A stretch of 64,000 nucleotides of DNA, from positions 23,932,001-23,996,000 of the forward strand of contig NC_090348.1 of NCBI RefSeq assembly GCF_035084215.1, in the 5' to 3' direction. The first letter of the stretch is position 1; the number at the start of each line of letters is the position of its first letter. Shown one piece after another: positions 38,621 through 50,664 of this stretch. The notes below the pieces were generated by a model. That model ran no database searches. It worked only from the letters and a program-made list of their open reading frames with translations, and was not told the origin of the DNA. The translations under genes and the position numbers were made by a program. Origin of the DNA: Heptranchias perlo. Its lineage: Eukaryota.

Positions 38621-38934
38621 CTGCAGGGAAAGATGAAGGTGAGAGTGATGCTAGGAAAAATCCCCTCATCAAACATTCACTTGACAATAATTTCAGAACC
38701 ATCATTAAGCAACATTCTGCTTTCAATATGATCATTTAATGAAATCAGAATGTATAGGATATAGAACATACTGTGTTTTAAAAACAATCGAAGCCACCAA
38801 GAGTTAGTCATAAAAAACAGGTGACAAGAGGCAAAATAATTTAAGACTAAGGAAATATTATGAAAAATGTAGAGATATTGACTGTAAGATAAGTGGAATG
38901 ATCATGTTATACTATTATTTTGTTTACATCAAAG

Positions 38935-39222
38935 TCCTACAAACAGCAAATGAATGATAATCTGTTTTTTGTGGTGTCAGGTGAAAGAGGAACATTAACC
39001 AGGACCAGGACACTGGGAGAACATTTTTTTTAATATCCACCTATACAGGCAAACAGGGCTTTGAATTAGTTTTTCACCTGAAAGAAGGCTATTCAGACAG
39101 TGCAATACTTCCTCAATACTACACTGAAAGGTCAGCCCAGATTATGTGCTCAAGTCCTTAGTGTGGCTTGAACCCACATCATCTGATTCAGAGGCAAGAG
39201 TACCAACTGAGACAAGTTGACA
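38935..39222 (-). mobile_element. DeuSINE / SacSINE1-like SINE
   Basis: Reverse complement resembles the 44709 copy; tRNA-like head with GGTTCAAGCC B box. Confidence 0.7.
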
Positions 39223-39755
39223 CTTGTTAAATCTGTAATGAGCTACTTACAATAAGCAGAATATTTGGACAGGCATGTACAGAGCACAATTCATGTAAAT
39301 GCAGCATTTCCTTTCTTTAATGTTGTTATATCAATCTCACTGCAGTCAAACCTATGATCTTGGTTTGCCTATATCTTAATTTGCAAAGGCTGACATTAGG
39401 CATCCCCTAAAAGGAAGACACCACTAATAGTAAATGGACAACCTGTCCAAACTAAAAGTTGTTACCCCTGAATTTATTTTTACACAATTGTAAAATTGGT
39501 GTCGATAAAAGATTCAATATCCTGCGGTGCCCGCTGATCGTGGGAAACTTGTAATGAACCAGTGGATACCACATGCTCGTATACCACAGTCACCTGGGCA
39601 TGTACTAAAGATCAAAACATGGGTAAGCAGTTGTAGCAACCTCCCCAGTCACCTTCCACATCCTGCATCTGTGTACAATGGATTTCACTAGGTGGTTGGA
39701 TTTCACTAGGCGGTTTGCCTATATCAAGGTTTGTTATCATAGCAGGGTTACAGAC

Positions 39756-39925
39756 CTGTTGTTGGAGGCAGAGTTTCATGTAGCTTTTGCATAGCGACTC
39801 CACCAGGGTAGTTGTAGTGGGATATATACAGTAGCATCCCAGTGTAGCAGGCATTTGCTACTAGATGTGCAATCACAGCAAAGGATCCTAATTTGTACAG
39901 AAAGGATTTACGGTAATTGATCATT
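39756..39925 (-). CDS. ALG12: ALG12 coding exon 7 ([14 protein letters not shown]...[15 protein letters not shown])
   Basis: 170 nt, CAG acceptor, GT donor; NYPGG motif. Confidence 0.95.
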
Positions 39926-39984
39926 CTGTGCAACAAAAGAAACATGAGTAATTAGTGATGTGCTTTTACTACTCATTACACTTA

Positions 39985-41060
39985 GGAACACAAGCACAGG
40001 AGTAGGCCATTCAGGTCCTCGAACCCATTCCAACATTTAATCAGATCTTGGCTGATCTGTACCTCAACTCCAATTACCCGCCTTTCTTTCAAGTCCCTTC
40101 ATACCCTTACCCAAAAAAATTCTATCGGTCTCAGTCTTGAAAATTTCAATTGACCCTACCATCCATAGCCTTTTGGGGGAGCGAGTTCTGGATTTCCACT
40201 GCCCTTTGTGTGACAAAGTACTTCCTGATTTAACTCCAAAATGGCCTAACTCTAATTTTAAGATTATGCCATCTTGTTCTGGATTCCCCCACTGGAGGAA
40301 ATAGTTTCTCTGCATCTACCCTATCGAATCTCTATCATTTTAAGAACACAAAGAGATCACCCCCTAACCTTCTAAACTCAAAGGAATAAAAGCCAAGTTT
40401 ATGCAACCAGCCCTCATAATTTAACTCTTTAAGCCTTGATATCATTTTAGTGAATCGGCGCTGTATCCCTTCCAAGGCTAGTATATCTTTCCTGAGGTTG
40501 TGCCCAAAACTCAATGCAATACCCCAGACGGAGTCTGACCAAGGCTCTGTACAACTGAAGCATCACTCCTTCACTTTTAAATTCCAACATTCCATTAGCC
40601 TTTTTGATTACTTTTTGTACCTGTGCACTAGCTTTTACTGATTTATGTACATGGACACCTAGATCCCTTTGCTTCTCCACAGCTCCTAGTCTCTCACCGT
40701 TAAGAAAATATTGTTTTGATTTTCTCAGATCCAAAGAGGATGACCTCACACTTTCCCCCCCCCCTGTTGAACCTCATCTGCCATAGTTTTGCCCACTCAC
40801 TTAGTCTGTCTATGTCCCCTTGTAACTTCCTGCTCCTATCCATGCAACTTACTGTGTCTCCTAACTTAGTGTCATCTGCAAACTTGGATATACAACTCTC
40901 TATTCCTTCATCCAAGCCATTAATATATAGGGTGAAAAGCTGAGGCCCCAGTACAGATCCTGGAGAACGCCACTTGTCACATCTCACCAATCAGAGAATG
41001 AACCCTTTATCCTTACTCTCTGTCTCGTATCTCCCAACCTTTTGTACCGGCCCATGTCAT
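39985..41060 (-). mobile_element. Decayed CR1 LINE
   Basis: ORFs 40064-40990: GSVLGPQLF, KFADDTKLG, RDLGVHVH; CR1 3' tail near 39990. Confidence 0.9.
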
Positions 41061-41688
41061 AAGGCTACCTCCAATTCCGTGCACTCTTTTGCGCCCTTAT
41101 ACAACAATAGTTCATAGATACTGGGTATCATTCCAGTTCATCCACAAGCACAAAACGGGTAATTTTTTCTTCGACTGCACTAGGTTTTTATAAAGACTGG
41201 AGCTCAGAAATTTGTTTCTCATTTCTCTCTATATAATATAAAAAGTTAGAGCACTTTGCCATCCTGATTGAAACTAATGCTGCAATAGAATATAAATTAT
41301 GCAACAAGGGTATAAATAAAATATTGTACATTCCCATACAAGGTCTTTGCTTTTTTTTCTTTATCCATCTCAGTCTTTTCCAAAAGTAATTAAATGGGCA
41401 CCTATCTGCCCCTTTGGTTGGGGAATAATATTTGGAGCAGGATTATTATGAGGGAAATAATAATGAGAACAAATTAACGCATACTTATTCAGTGTTGCAC
41501 AGCTAGATAGAAATCCTTACAGCATATGCCAATGCGGCCTTAACGATCCTAATAAAACATGCTAGTAATGCAAGACTAATTTTATTGCACTATAAATGTC
41601 TAAAATCACCTATATAACATTCGCTTTACAAAAAGTGCAGTCAACTTAAACTCTTGACTTTTTAAGGACAATGTAATTGAATACTTAC

Positions 41689-41912
41689 AGGTATGAACAC
41701 CCTATTGCTGCAACGACATTCAAGACAGGAAAAGTGTAGATTATGAAGCGCAACTCCTTGTGAGGTAGGAACGAATACAAGAAGATGAAACCAAGTGTCG
41801 GAAAGAGTAGCCTCCAGCTCCTCCGGTCCCGAGCCCCAAGAGGCAGAAAAATTATACTGCAACCAAGAGCACGAGGCAGTACCGAATAAAAATACCAGAA
41901 AAAGGGTGATGT
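41689..41912 (-). CDS. ALG12: ALG12 coding exon 6 ([17 protein letters not shown]...[21 protein letters not shown])
   Basis: 224 nt translated by hand; PHKELRF motif of ALG9/ALG12/PIGB mannosyltransferases; preceded by a U12-type branch point; GTAAGT donor. Confidence 0.95.
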
Positions 41913-42619
41913 CTAAAAACATTCTCAGTCAAGGAAACACAAAAAATTGTAATCTGTTACTTCAGCCATTAAACTCAAAAAAAAATCATAGCATCTTATA
42001 GCACAGGAAGCAATTCGGCCCGTTGTGCCTTTAACGGCTCTTTGAAAGAGCTGTCCAATTTAGTCCCACACCCTAGCTTTTTCCTCATAACCCTGCAAAT
42101 TAGTTCTTTTCAAGTACGTGTCAAATTACCTTTTGAAAGTTCCTATGGAATCTGCTTCCACCACCCTTTCAGGTAATGCGTTCCAGATCTTAACAACCCT
42201 CTGTGTGACATGTATCTACATTTGAGGAGCCAGCAAGTAACACTGCAACTATTATTGTGCAAATTTACAGTCTATCTAATGGAAATCAATTAAAATTAGC
42301 CAAGTATACTGCAGGATTATCAAGCCCATAGAACTGAATTTAGCCTCAAACTTGAAATAGTCACCTTTTCAAATTTCCTTCCAGTGACAACTTCCAAGTA
42401 CTCCCAGGTCAGATATGGTATGGATTAGATGCAGAGAAAAGCTCCCTCGTCTCTGTTCCAAAAATGTGTTTTTTTCCCCACAGGAAGTAGTAGGCAGAGT
42501 GACATTTCCCAGATCTGCCATACTTGTGGCTCCCTGAAGTCAGATTGCCAGTGAGTGCCAAATTATGGAAAGTTTTATGCTGTGGATTCATGCCCATTAG
42601 CAATTAGAATGATTGCACA

Positions 42620-42742
42620 GGCGCTTATGGCCAGAAGGCAACAGAGATTTTTGTAACATCGGTCGGTCTGCACTGGATTTGAACCCCCACCCAAGAGGTA
42701 AAAGGACAGGGCGTTTAACTCATGGCACCAACTAGTTCCACT
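42620..42742 (-). mobile_element. tRNA-derived SINE head fragment
   Basis: Minus strand has an A-box-like TGGTGCCATGAGTTA and B box GGTTCAAATCC; no complete cloverleaf seen. Confidence 0.45.
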
Positions 42743-43354
42743 AACATCACTGCTAAATTTAAACATTTTTTTTTTAAAAAAGCAATCTGTATCTCAAAGC
42801 AATTCGGTACTGAGAAGCACAACACTTTGTTGAGTAATTCACACTTCTCTGAATGAATCAGAACGCCACAGTTAGCACCTTGATAAATGCAGTGAGGCCA
42901 CCATTTTTAAGGGTAAATTTTACGATTACGCATTCCCGGCACATAGCTTCATCTGCCAGAAATTGCATATAAGGAATCATGCACTTCTAGCTCATGATTT
43001 TTGGCTTACTAATTTTAATGGATGGAAAATCATGGACTGCACACACCCAATTTCCTAAAATGTGTTCCCAGCAGGCGAGGCCATTTCAGATGCATGCAGT
43101 TAGAAAATTTACTCTTAAAGGTTTATCAAAAATCTTAAAATGTGACAAAACTTTGTAAACACTGAGTTACAATTGGGGTGAAATTGCTGCCTTCATTAAT
43201 TTTAGGGTAATGCTGGTGTAAAGTGGTAGAAAGTGGTAGAAAGTGACTCCACCCACATAGCTTTATAATTACTGATTATCCTCAAAGTCATATGGGAAGT
43301 AAGAGCCCAATAATTTTTTTCTCTTGAACCTAATACTGACAATATAGAGATAAT

Positions 43355-43597
43355 GGGGGTGATTTTAAACCCCAAGAATGGGCGGGTTGGGGGCGGGTGG
43401 GAGTTGAAAATAGTTGTTTTTTGACTCGCGACCGCAACCCGGCTTTATTTCCGGGTTTAACGTCTGCGCGGAAAAGTACAGGCTTCCCACCGGGAATGCA
43501 AAGTCCGAACATTTTGCGGTCGTGACCCAAAAAGACAACTATTTTCAACTCCCATCCGCCCCCAACCCACCCGTTCTTGGGGTTTAAAATCACCCCC
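43355..43597. mobile_element. MITE (PIF/Harbinger/Tourist-like), 243 bp, with long terminal inverted repeats and 3-bp TSD
   Basis: GGGGGTGATTTTAAACCCCAAGAA... / ...TTCTTGGGGTTTAAAATCACCCCC; arms about 80 bp; AAT on both flanks. Confidence 0.9.
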
Positions 43598-44050
43598 AAT
43601 GAATGTCTGGGAGTAATCATAAAGGCAATAATCTGATTGCACGGATGAGGTGGTATCATACAAGCTCTCGTGATTTATAACCTTCAGTTAAACTCCAAGA
43701 TAAGATTTTAGTCTGGAAATCATTCTAGTTCGTGTTGATTTTTTTTTTGCTGGCAACTGCTGTTATGGTGACGCCAACAGCCTTTGCTCTTCATGTCAAT
43801 GTGTGATTACACTCGCATTGATGGATGAACCATTATTAAGTTGCAAGTTATCGAGAGATAATCATCGATTGCATGGAAATAAGACAGTCAGCGTATCTCA
43901 TATTTAGCCTAATATGTAGTAGGACTGTATTTTGTTTAAACTATATATTCCCAGTGAAGTCAATCACATTTAAAATAAACATTTTCCACTTTTTCTGAAT
44001 TTGCTTTTGAGTTCTTCTATAGTGTAATCTGAAGGCTGCAAAAAGGATAG

Positions 44051-44154
44051 TCCCCATTTGGAGCTCTTATTCAAGACTGTGTTGTACCAAAGTACTTCTC
44101 CCTCAGGCCATAGGAGGCGTCTCCAAAATATAGAATCCACACACACAGTTAGAC
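44051..44154 (-). CDS. ALG12: ALG12 coding exon 5 ([34 protein letters not shown])
   Basis: 104 nt translated by hand; WPEGxVLWYN motif; tttcAG acceptor; followed by a U12-like donor. Confidence 0.93.
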
Positions 44155-44258
44155 CTGAAAGGAAACATGCTGGAATGTTAATAGATGTGTTTATTTAGTT
44201 GCATGGACAAGTCTTTAAATTCAAGTCCCTGTCCAAGAACAAACAGTATGTTACTTAC

Positions 44259-44453
44259 CCAACCACACTAAACCAGCTGGTACTGCATGGCACAGACTTC
44301 TGAAAACAGAAATATGATGGTTCACTAATGATAGCAGCAGCATGAGGCCCAGGAAAATGCAAAGTTCGGATCGGAACACAATGATAGATAAAGCAGAAAG
44401 CCAGATAAAGGTGCCATGGTTCTGCTGCATCCAGGCAGTAAAAGCCAAGAGAA
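44259..44453 (-). CDS. ALG12: ALG12 coding exon 4 (LLAFTAW...[13 protein letters not shown])
   Basis: 195 nt, CAG acceptor, GTAAGT donor; ORF 44251-44484. Confidence 0.95.
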
Positions 44454-44708
44454 CTGCAACAAAGATGAAATATACAACTGTCAAATTAGTGTGCTCCTTA
44501 CAGGCTACATGCCTATAAAAATGTTACAAGAATTTTTTTAAACCTTCGCTTAATTTGCACATCAACATTTAATCCATTAGAGCAATTTAAAATTTTTATT
44601 TAGTCCAGCATAGTTCCATTGTTACATGTACGGGCTCGATGGGCTGAATGGCCTCCTTCTGTGCTGTAACCATTCTATGTATGTATAATCTCACTCACCA
44701 CCTTCAGG

Positions 44709-45160
44709 TGTCAGCCTTGGCTCAGTGATAGCACCTTCTCTGAGTCAGAAGGTTGTGGTTCAAACTCCACTCCAGCACTTGAGCACATAATGTAGGCTGA
44801 CACTATGCTGCAGTACTGAGGGAGTGCTGCACTGTCAGAGCTTCCGACTTTCTCGGATGAGACGTTAAACCGATGCCCTCTCTGCTCTGTCGTGGAAATA
44901 AAAGATAGCATGGCACTATTCAAAGAAGTTTTTCTAGTTTTCTGGCCAATATTTATCCCTCAACCAATGTTACTAAAAACAGGTTATCTGGTCATTTATC
45001 TCATTACTGTTTGTGGGACCTTGATGTGTGCAGATTGGCTGCCATGCTTCCCTACATTACAACAGTTACTATGCTTCAAAATAATTTAATTGTCTATTAA
45101 GTGCTTTGGGGCGTCCTGAGGTTGTGAAAGGCACTATATAAATGAAAGTTCTTTCTTTTT
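44709..45160 (+). mobile_element. Near full-length tRNA-headed DeuSINE (SacSINE1-like) with L2 tail
   Basis: A box TGGCTCAGTGATAG; B box GGTTCAAACTCC; Deu-like core CAGTACTGAGGGAGTGCTGCACTGTC; tail CACTATATAAATG. Confidence 0.8.
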
Positions 45161-45660
45161 GTAATATATTGGATTTCAGTCTATTAAGCTTCTAATTTCA
45201 GGTGATACTGTATAGTAGGTGTAAAAAATGGAGTCTGCTCCAATCTGAGCCTTCTGTATCCCCCCCACCCCCGGTTCTGCTAAGGTTTGAGCCATATGAT
45301 AGAAACCACTTCAATTTCATACGTTCCATTATTTTACTGTGTTTCTATGAAATGTCAAGAAGCACTAGGAAAGATTATGAATGGTGCAAAATAAATATAT
45401 TTCCATCACTACACTGTTTCACTGTATTTAAAGAGATTGTTAATAAATATATTATAAAAGCGCTCTCAACTTATTGCCAAAATGGAATTATATACACTCA
45501 TATTTCAGAATTCATGCTATTTTCTGGACATTACTATCCCCACTATAAATATGAAATATAGTTCATACACTTCCAAGTTTATTGTAGTGGCAAACCAGGT
45601 TACAGTAGACCCCATCTCCACAAAAGAATAAACAGTAAAGAATTACGAAGCTACACTCAC

Positions 45661-45834
45661 CAATAGGAAATGCAAATATATTTGGGAGGGTTCTTGAGCA
45701 GTAGAAGAGAAGATGAAACTGAGTTGCTGAGATCCAACAGTAGAAACAAGCTACTGTTGAGCCAAACTGTTTCCTAACTTCTTTCTGAAGCTTCCACAGT
45801 GCATAAATCACACAGAGACCCAGGCATCCTCGGA
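45661..45834 (-). CDS. ALG12: ALG12 coding exon 3 ([13 protein letters not shown]...[18 protein letters not shown])
   Basis: 174 nt, CAG acceptor, GTGAGT donor; FYxSRTLPN motif. Confidence 0.95.
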
Positions 45835-45927
45835 CTGTTTAAAAAAAAAACAAAGGAAGGAAGCTGAACACAATTAAATATGCTTTTGTTAATAGCAATT
45901 ACATCTCTGGTAGATTTAGAACACTTC

Positions 45928-46160
45928 AACGACAACTCGTACTTATATAGTGCCTTTAACATAGTGAAAGGTCCCAAGGCTCCTCACAGGAGCAATTATC
46001 AAACAAAATTTGACACCGAGCCACATAAGGAGGTATGAGGACAGGTGACCAAGAGCTTGGTCAAATTGATAAGTTTTAATGAGTGTCTTAAAGGAGAGGG
46101 GTAGAGAGATGGAGAGGTTTATGGAGGGAATTCCAGAGCTTGGGGCCTAGGCAGCTGAAG
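45928..46160 (-). mobile_element. L2 LINE 3' tail
   Basis: Matches the L2 3' ends at 25456 and 47010. Confidence 0.75.
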
Positions 46161-47009
46161 ATCAAAATAAATGGAGCACATAGTCCAGTTAACCCCCTAT
46201 TTGTCAACTGGAACTACTCATTAACAAGAAATTCTATCAATTCTTCCACTTTCAATTCTCTGGTACCCACTGACTTCCAGATTATACTTGTTAATAGAAG
46301 AGAGGCCATGTCGAAAAATAGGAGCAAGGCCATTAAGATAGCATAGGGTTAAAACTCAATTTTGTGTCAATATTATGCAATTCTTAAAAGGCGAGAATTT
46401 TTGTGATTTGAAAGTACAAGCCACGAAAGGTGCTTTAAATGATCCTCCATAGCCCATGAAAATAAATAGCATCCTTTTTACTAGGTCAGTGGCTGATTGA
46501 CACTTATAAGGAAATGTTTCCTCCAACAGCCTCTTCGATTGACAAGTTTTGCAACATGTAATTATTTGATCACAGTTGGGTACCTAGATATATTATCACT
46601 ACAAACCTCATCAATAAACATTCCAAAAGCCTGGAAAGGAATATTTTTTCACAAGTTAAAAGAAAAAGCAAAGCCCAAATCTTGAAATAGGTACATGAGG
46701 TAAACAACATAGCTTTTGATGTCTGATGTGAAAAAGGCATTACTTTATCCCATTTTGTAAGTTGAGTTAATTTGGGAAAAGATTAGTTGGAGAAAGTAAA
46801 CAAGAGAAAGAGAGCTTTCTGTCTTACTCTATTCAGAGAAAGAATCAGTTAGCCAGAGGCTCAAGCTAAGGTTGAAAGGAAAGGAGTCTAAAGTTACTTA
46901 GTTTAGTTGAGAGAGAAAGAGAAGTCGATCTTGCAGAACTGATCAGCTAATTCCGTAATATATGGTACAAAAGATATAGAATAAATGTATAAATACATGA
47001 ATTAGATAA

Positions 47010-47500
47010 ACAACAACAAACAACAACTTGCATTTATATAGCGCCTTTAACGTAGTAAAACGTCCCAAGGCACTTCACAGGAATGTTATCAAACAAAATT
47101 TTGACACTGAGCCACATAAGGACAGGTGATCAAAAGCTTGGTCAGAGGTAGGTTTTAAGGAGCGTCTTAAAGGAGGAGAGAGAGATAGAGAGGTGGAGAG
47201 GTTTAGGGAGGGAATTCCAGAGTTTAGGGTCTAGGCAGCTGAAAGCACAGCGCCAATGGTGCTGCGATAAAAATCGAGGATACGCAAGAGGCCAGAATTG
47301 GAGGAGCTCAAAGATCTCGGAGGGTTGTAAGGCTGGAGGTGGTTACAGAGATAGGGAGGGGTGAGGCCATGGAAGGATTTGAAAACAAGGATGAGAATTT
47401 TAAAATCGAGGCATAGCCGGACCGGGAGCCAATGTAGGTCAGTGAGCACAGGGACTTGGTGCAAGTTAGGATTCGGGTGATAGAGTTTTGGATGAGTTCA
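47010..47500 (-). mobile_element. L2 LINE 3' fragment with (TTG)n tail
   Basis: ORF 47231-47464: VLTDLHWLPV...FKILILVFK. Confidence 0.88.
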
Positions 47501-47717
47501 AATTTACAGAAGAGAGAGACAGAAGACCAGGAATAACTGATGATTCTGGAAGACTCGCAGAAGGCATAACCTAGATGACATAGCCAGCCCACTGTAAGAA
47601 AAAACAACCGCAGATTGGTGTAGGAGAGGATTCAACTTTGACTCAATGGTGTAACCACTTCCAGACAAGGAAGTCATAAGCCTTTTTACTGATACCACAG
47701 ACTTAAAAAAAAGACAG

Positions 47718-48722
47718 CTTTTTTTTTTATTCGTTCATGGGATCTGGGCATCGCTGGCAAGGCCAGCATTTATTGCCCATCCCTAATTGCCCTTGAGAAG
47801 GTGGTGGTGAGCCACCTTCTTGAACTGCTGCAGTCTGTATGGTGAAGGTTCTCCCACAGTGCTGTTAGGTAGGGAGTTCCAGGATTTTGACTCAGTGACG
47901 ATGAAGGAACGCCAATATATTTCCAAGTCGGGATGGTGTGTGACTTGGAGGGGAACGTGCAGGTGGTGTTGTTCCCATGCGCCTGCTGCCCTTGTCCTTC
48001 TAGGTGGTAGAGGTCGCAGGTTTGGGAGGTGCTGTCGAAGAACCCTTGGCGAGTTGCTGCAGTGCATCCTGTGGATGGTACACACTGCAGCCACGGTGCG
48101 CCGGTGGTGAAGGGAGTGAATGTTTAGGGTGGTGGAAGGGGTTTCAATCAAGCGGGCTGCTTAGTCCTGGATGGTGTCGAGCTTCTTGGGTGTTGTTGGA
48201 GCTGCACTCATCCAGGCAAGTGGAGAGACTTCCATCACACTCCTGACTTGTGCCTTGTAGATGGTGGAAAGGCTTTGGGGAGTCAGGAGGCGAGTCACTC
48301 ACCGCAGAATAGCCAGCCTCTGACCTGCTCTTGTAGCCACAGTATTTATGCGGCTGGTCCAGTTAAGTTTCTGGTCAATGGTGCCTCCCAGAATGTTGAT
48401 GGTGGGGGATTCGGCGATGGTAATGCCGTTGAATGTCAAGGGGAAGTGGTTAGACTCTCTCTTGTTGGAGGTGGTCATTGCCTGTCATTTGTCTGGCACA
48501 AATGTTACTTGCCACTTATCAGCCCAAGCCTAGATGTTGTCCAGGTCTTGCTGCATGCGGGCACAGACCACGTCATTATCTGAGGGGTTGCGAATGGAAC
48601 TGCACAATGTGCAATCGTCAGCGAACATCCCCATTTCTGACCTGATAATGGAGGGTAGTTCATTGATGAAGCAGCTGAAGATGGTTGGGCATAGGACGCT
48701 GCCTTGAGGAACTCCTGCAGCA
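47718..48722 (-). mobile_element. Non-LTR retrotransposon (CR1/L2 clade) 3' kilobase with poly(A) tail
   Basis: GVPQGSVLCP, FADDCT, HSLHHRRTVAAVC; ends AATAAAAAAAAA. Confidence 0.85.
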
Positions 48723-49624
48723 ATATAAATGCTATTGTTTGCTTGATTATTCAACTACAAAAGACTATACAAAGTGTAATCCTTCAAACTGAAATTCTAA
48801 AACCGAGCAATGTTACCTTATGTTAAATTAAACTGTACTCTTGCAATTTCAAAACCAAGTTTTTGTACTATTTGCGATGGTCACACCGATAACCATGATG
48901 TCTTTGCACACATAGAGTTAAGAAAATAAGTGATGGTACAAAAACAACGTTGTGCGCCATTCATTCCTTCATCTCTGGTAAGCCAACAATTAAACTGTTT
49001 CCAATCAATGCTGAACTTTCTTCAGGTGACTGGCAGAATATTTCCTTATCATTCAGGTTGGCAATTTAAGACAACCCAATAAGCCACATTTGGCACCACA
49101 CATTAAACTCTAGACATACAAGATAAATTCCAATATATTTTGTTTATTGATTGTGGCTATTGGGAAATTAGAATTTTCCTAATCATCCTCATCTTAATGT
49201 GTAGTTGATTCCCAAAAAATGAATATCCAGTCCTAACACAGGCAAAAAGAGCATTTCTACAGAGACGGTGCAGTACAACCTACTACTCTTCATGCATGTG
49301 CCAATATTAACAGTTTTCTTGGGCCACAAACAGGATTAGGAAGTGAAAGCCATGCCCCGATGAGCTGAACCAACAATATTCAGGAATCATTTCCATTTGA
49401 TTAGAATAGGATTTTTGACAAGATGTTCAGTTACTATAATGATTTACACACTTAAATAATAAACTAGATCAAATATTGAAAGTATTTTCAGTGAGGCAGA
49501 AGCAGAGGGTGCAGAGAGATTCCTGATGTGGTATCAATAAGATCACAGCACTAGCTTTATACTCCATGGGGTGTTAGTCAAATTGGAGTGAGAGTGCCTC
49601 CTTCAGCGGGTCTCACATACTGTT

Positions 49625-49795
49625 AGGAACATAGGAACAGGAGTAGGCCATTCAGCCCCTCATGCCTGCTCTGCCATTTGATAAGATCATGGCTGATCTG
49701 TGATCTAACTCCATATACCTGCCTTTGGCCCATATCCCAAAAAGCTATCTATCTCAGATTTAAATTTAGCAATTGAGCGAGTATCAATTGCCGCT
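49625..49795 (-). mobile_element. CR1 3' tail fragment, same family as 26763-27172
   Basis: Reverse complement is close to 26990-27170, with an internal deletion. Confidence 0.8.
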
Positions 49796-49902
49796 TTTGC
49801 TGTTCACTACAAAAGTGGCAGCATAACTGCAACCTATAACAGATCACTTAAAGAAATGTATATTCTTAGTTATAGTAAAAATAGATGCCTATATTCTATA
49901 CA

Positions 49903-50039
49903 TGATGTGGAGATGCCGGTGATGGACTGGGGTTGACAATTGTAAACAATTTTACAACACCAAGTTATAGTCCAACGAGTTTTATTTGAAATCTACAAGC
50001 TTTCGGAGGCTGAGGAAGGAGGAAGCCTCCGAAAGCTTG
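49903..50039 (-). mobile_element. Penelope-derived mini-element with hammerhead-ribozyme core and 13-bp TSD
   Basis: Same terminus as the 25574 element; TSD TATATTCTATACA at 49890-49902 and 50040-50052; CTGAGGA-A-GGAGG-AAG-CCTCC-GAAA at 50010-50034 on the + strand. Confidence 0.75.
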
Positions 50040-50232
50040 TATATTCTATACAGCATATAAAGGGTTCTAATCAAACTATTCCTTGTCTGGTTTAATGCAA
50101 AAAAAAAACTAATTATAGTTTTTGCAGAATGTGCTTCGATCATTTTTCCCCTCCAAGATTTTTTTCTCACTTTCGAACCCAACTGCATTGACTGCAGTGC
50201 ACGACGATTTAACCTGAATTAGACAGTCATAC

Positions 50233-50365
50233 CTAGAAGCTGCGAGTAAAACTTGGACACGTCAAGAGCCGAGAAGATGGAAGCTGCTGGTGCAGATAGC
50301 AAGGAAATAAAAAGCGGCCCCACGAAGGTCCTTGGAACAACACCGGGAAACTCGTGGTGATCGTA
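50233..50365 (-). CDS. ALG12: ALG12 coding exon 2 ([17 protein letters not shown])
   Basis: 133 nt; poly-T plus TAG acceptor; GTATGA donor; [14 protein letters not shown] motif. Confidence 0.95.
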
Positions 50366-50499
50366 CTACAAAAAAAAAAATGCCAACGAAAGAGCTTCAC
50401 ATCTTTCTCAGGGAGAATCAGAAATTGAAATAATAAAAACAGGAAGAGACGCAATGCGCCCAGAGGAGCTGGTGAACAGCCTCTGGACCCAAGGCCTAC

Positions 50500-50664
50500 C
50501 TTCTCCAGGTGCAGGCGGTGGTAGAGCAGATCGTGCGCCGCTTGCAGGTTGAAGCTTTCCTCCACTTTAGTAAAAGGACAGCTCAGCAGGTGGATGGAAG
50601 CGGCCAGAGTGACGAGCGCCAGAAGCAGCAGCTCCCTCTGCACAGCCCCGCTCCTCTCAGCCAT
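50500..50664 (-). CDS. ALG12: ALG12 first coding exon (Dol-P-Man alpha-1,6-mannosyltransferase; [14 protein letters not shown])
   Basis: GCC-adjacent ATG at 50664 opening ORF 50233-50664; [10 protein letters not shown] motif; GTAGGC donor; the nine exons total 1491 nt. Confidence 0.95.

Larger units (their letters stand above)
41913..44050 (-). other. U12-type (minor spliceosome) intron of ALG12 with apparent non-canonical CT...AG termini
   Basis: 5' end CTATCCTTTT; branch site TTCCTTGAC at 41936-41928, branch A 17 nt from the 3' end; junction WG|TSP is in frame. Confidence 0.8.

Noticed and set aside
44709-44790. tRNA gene
   Set aside because: A and B boxes are present but run on into a SINE body and L2 tail; it is a SINE head.
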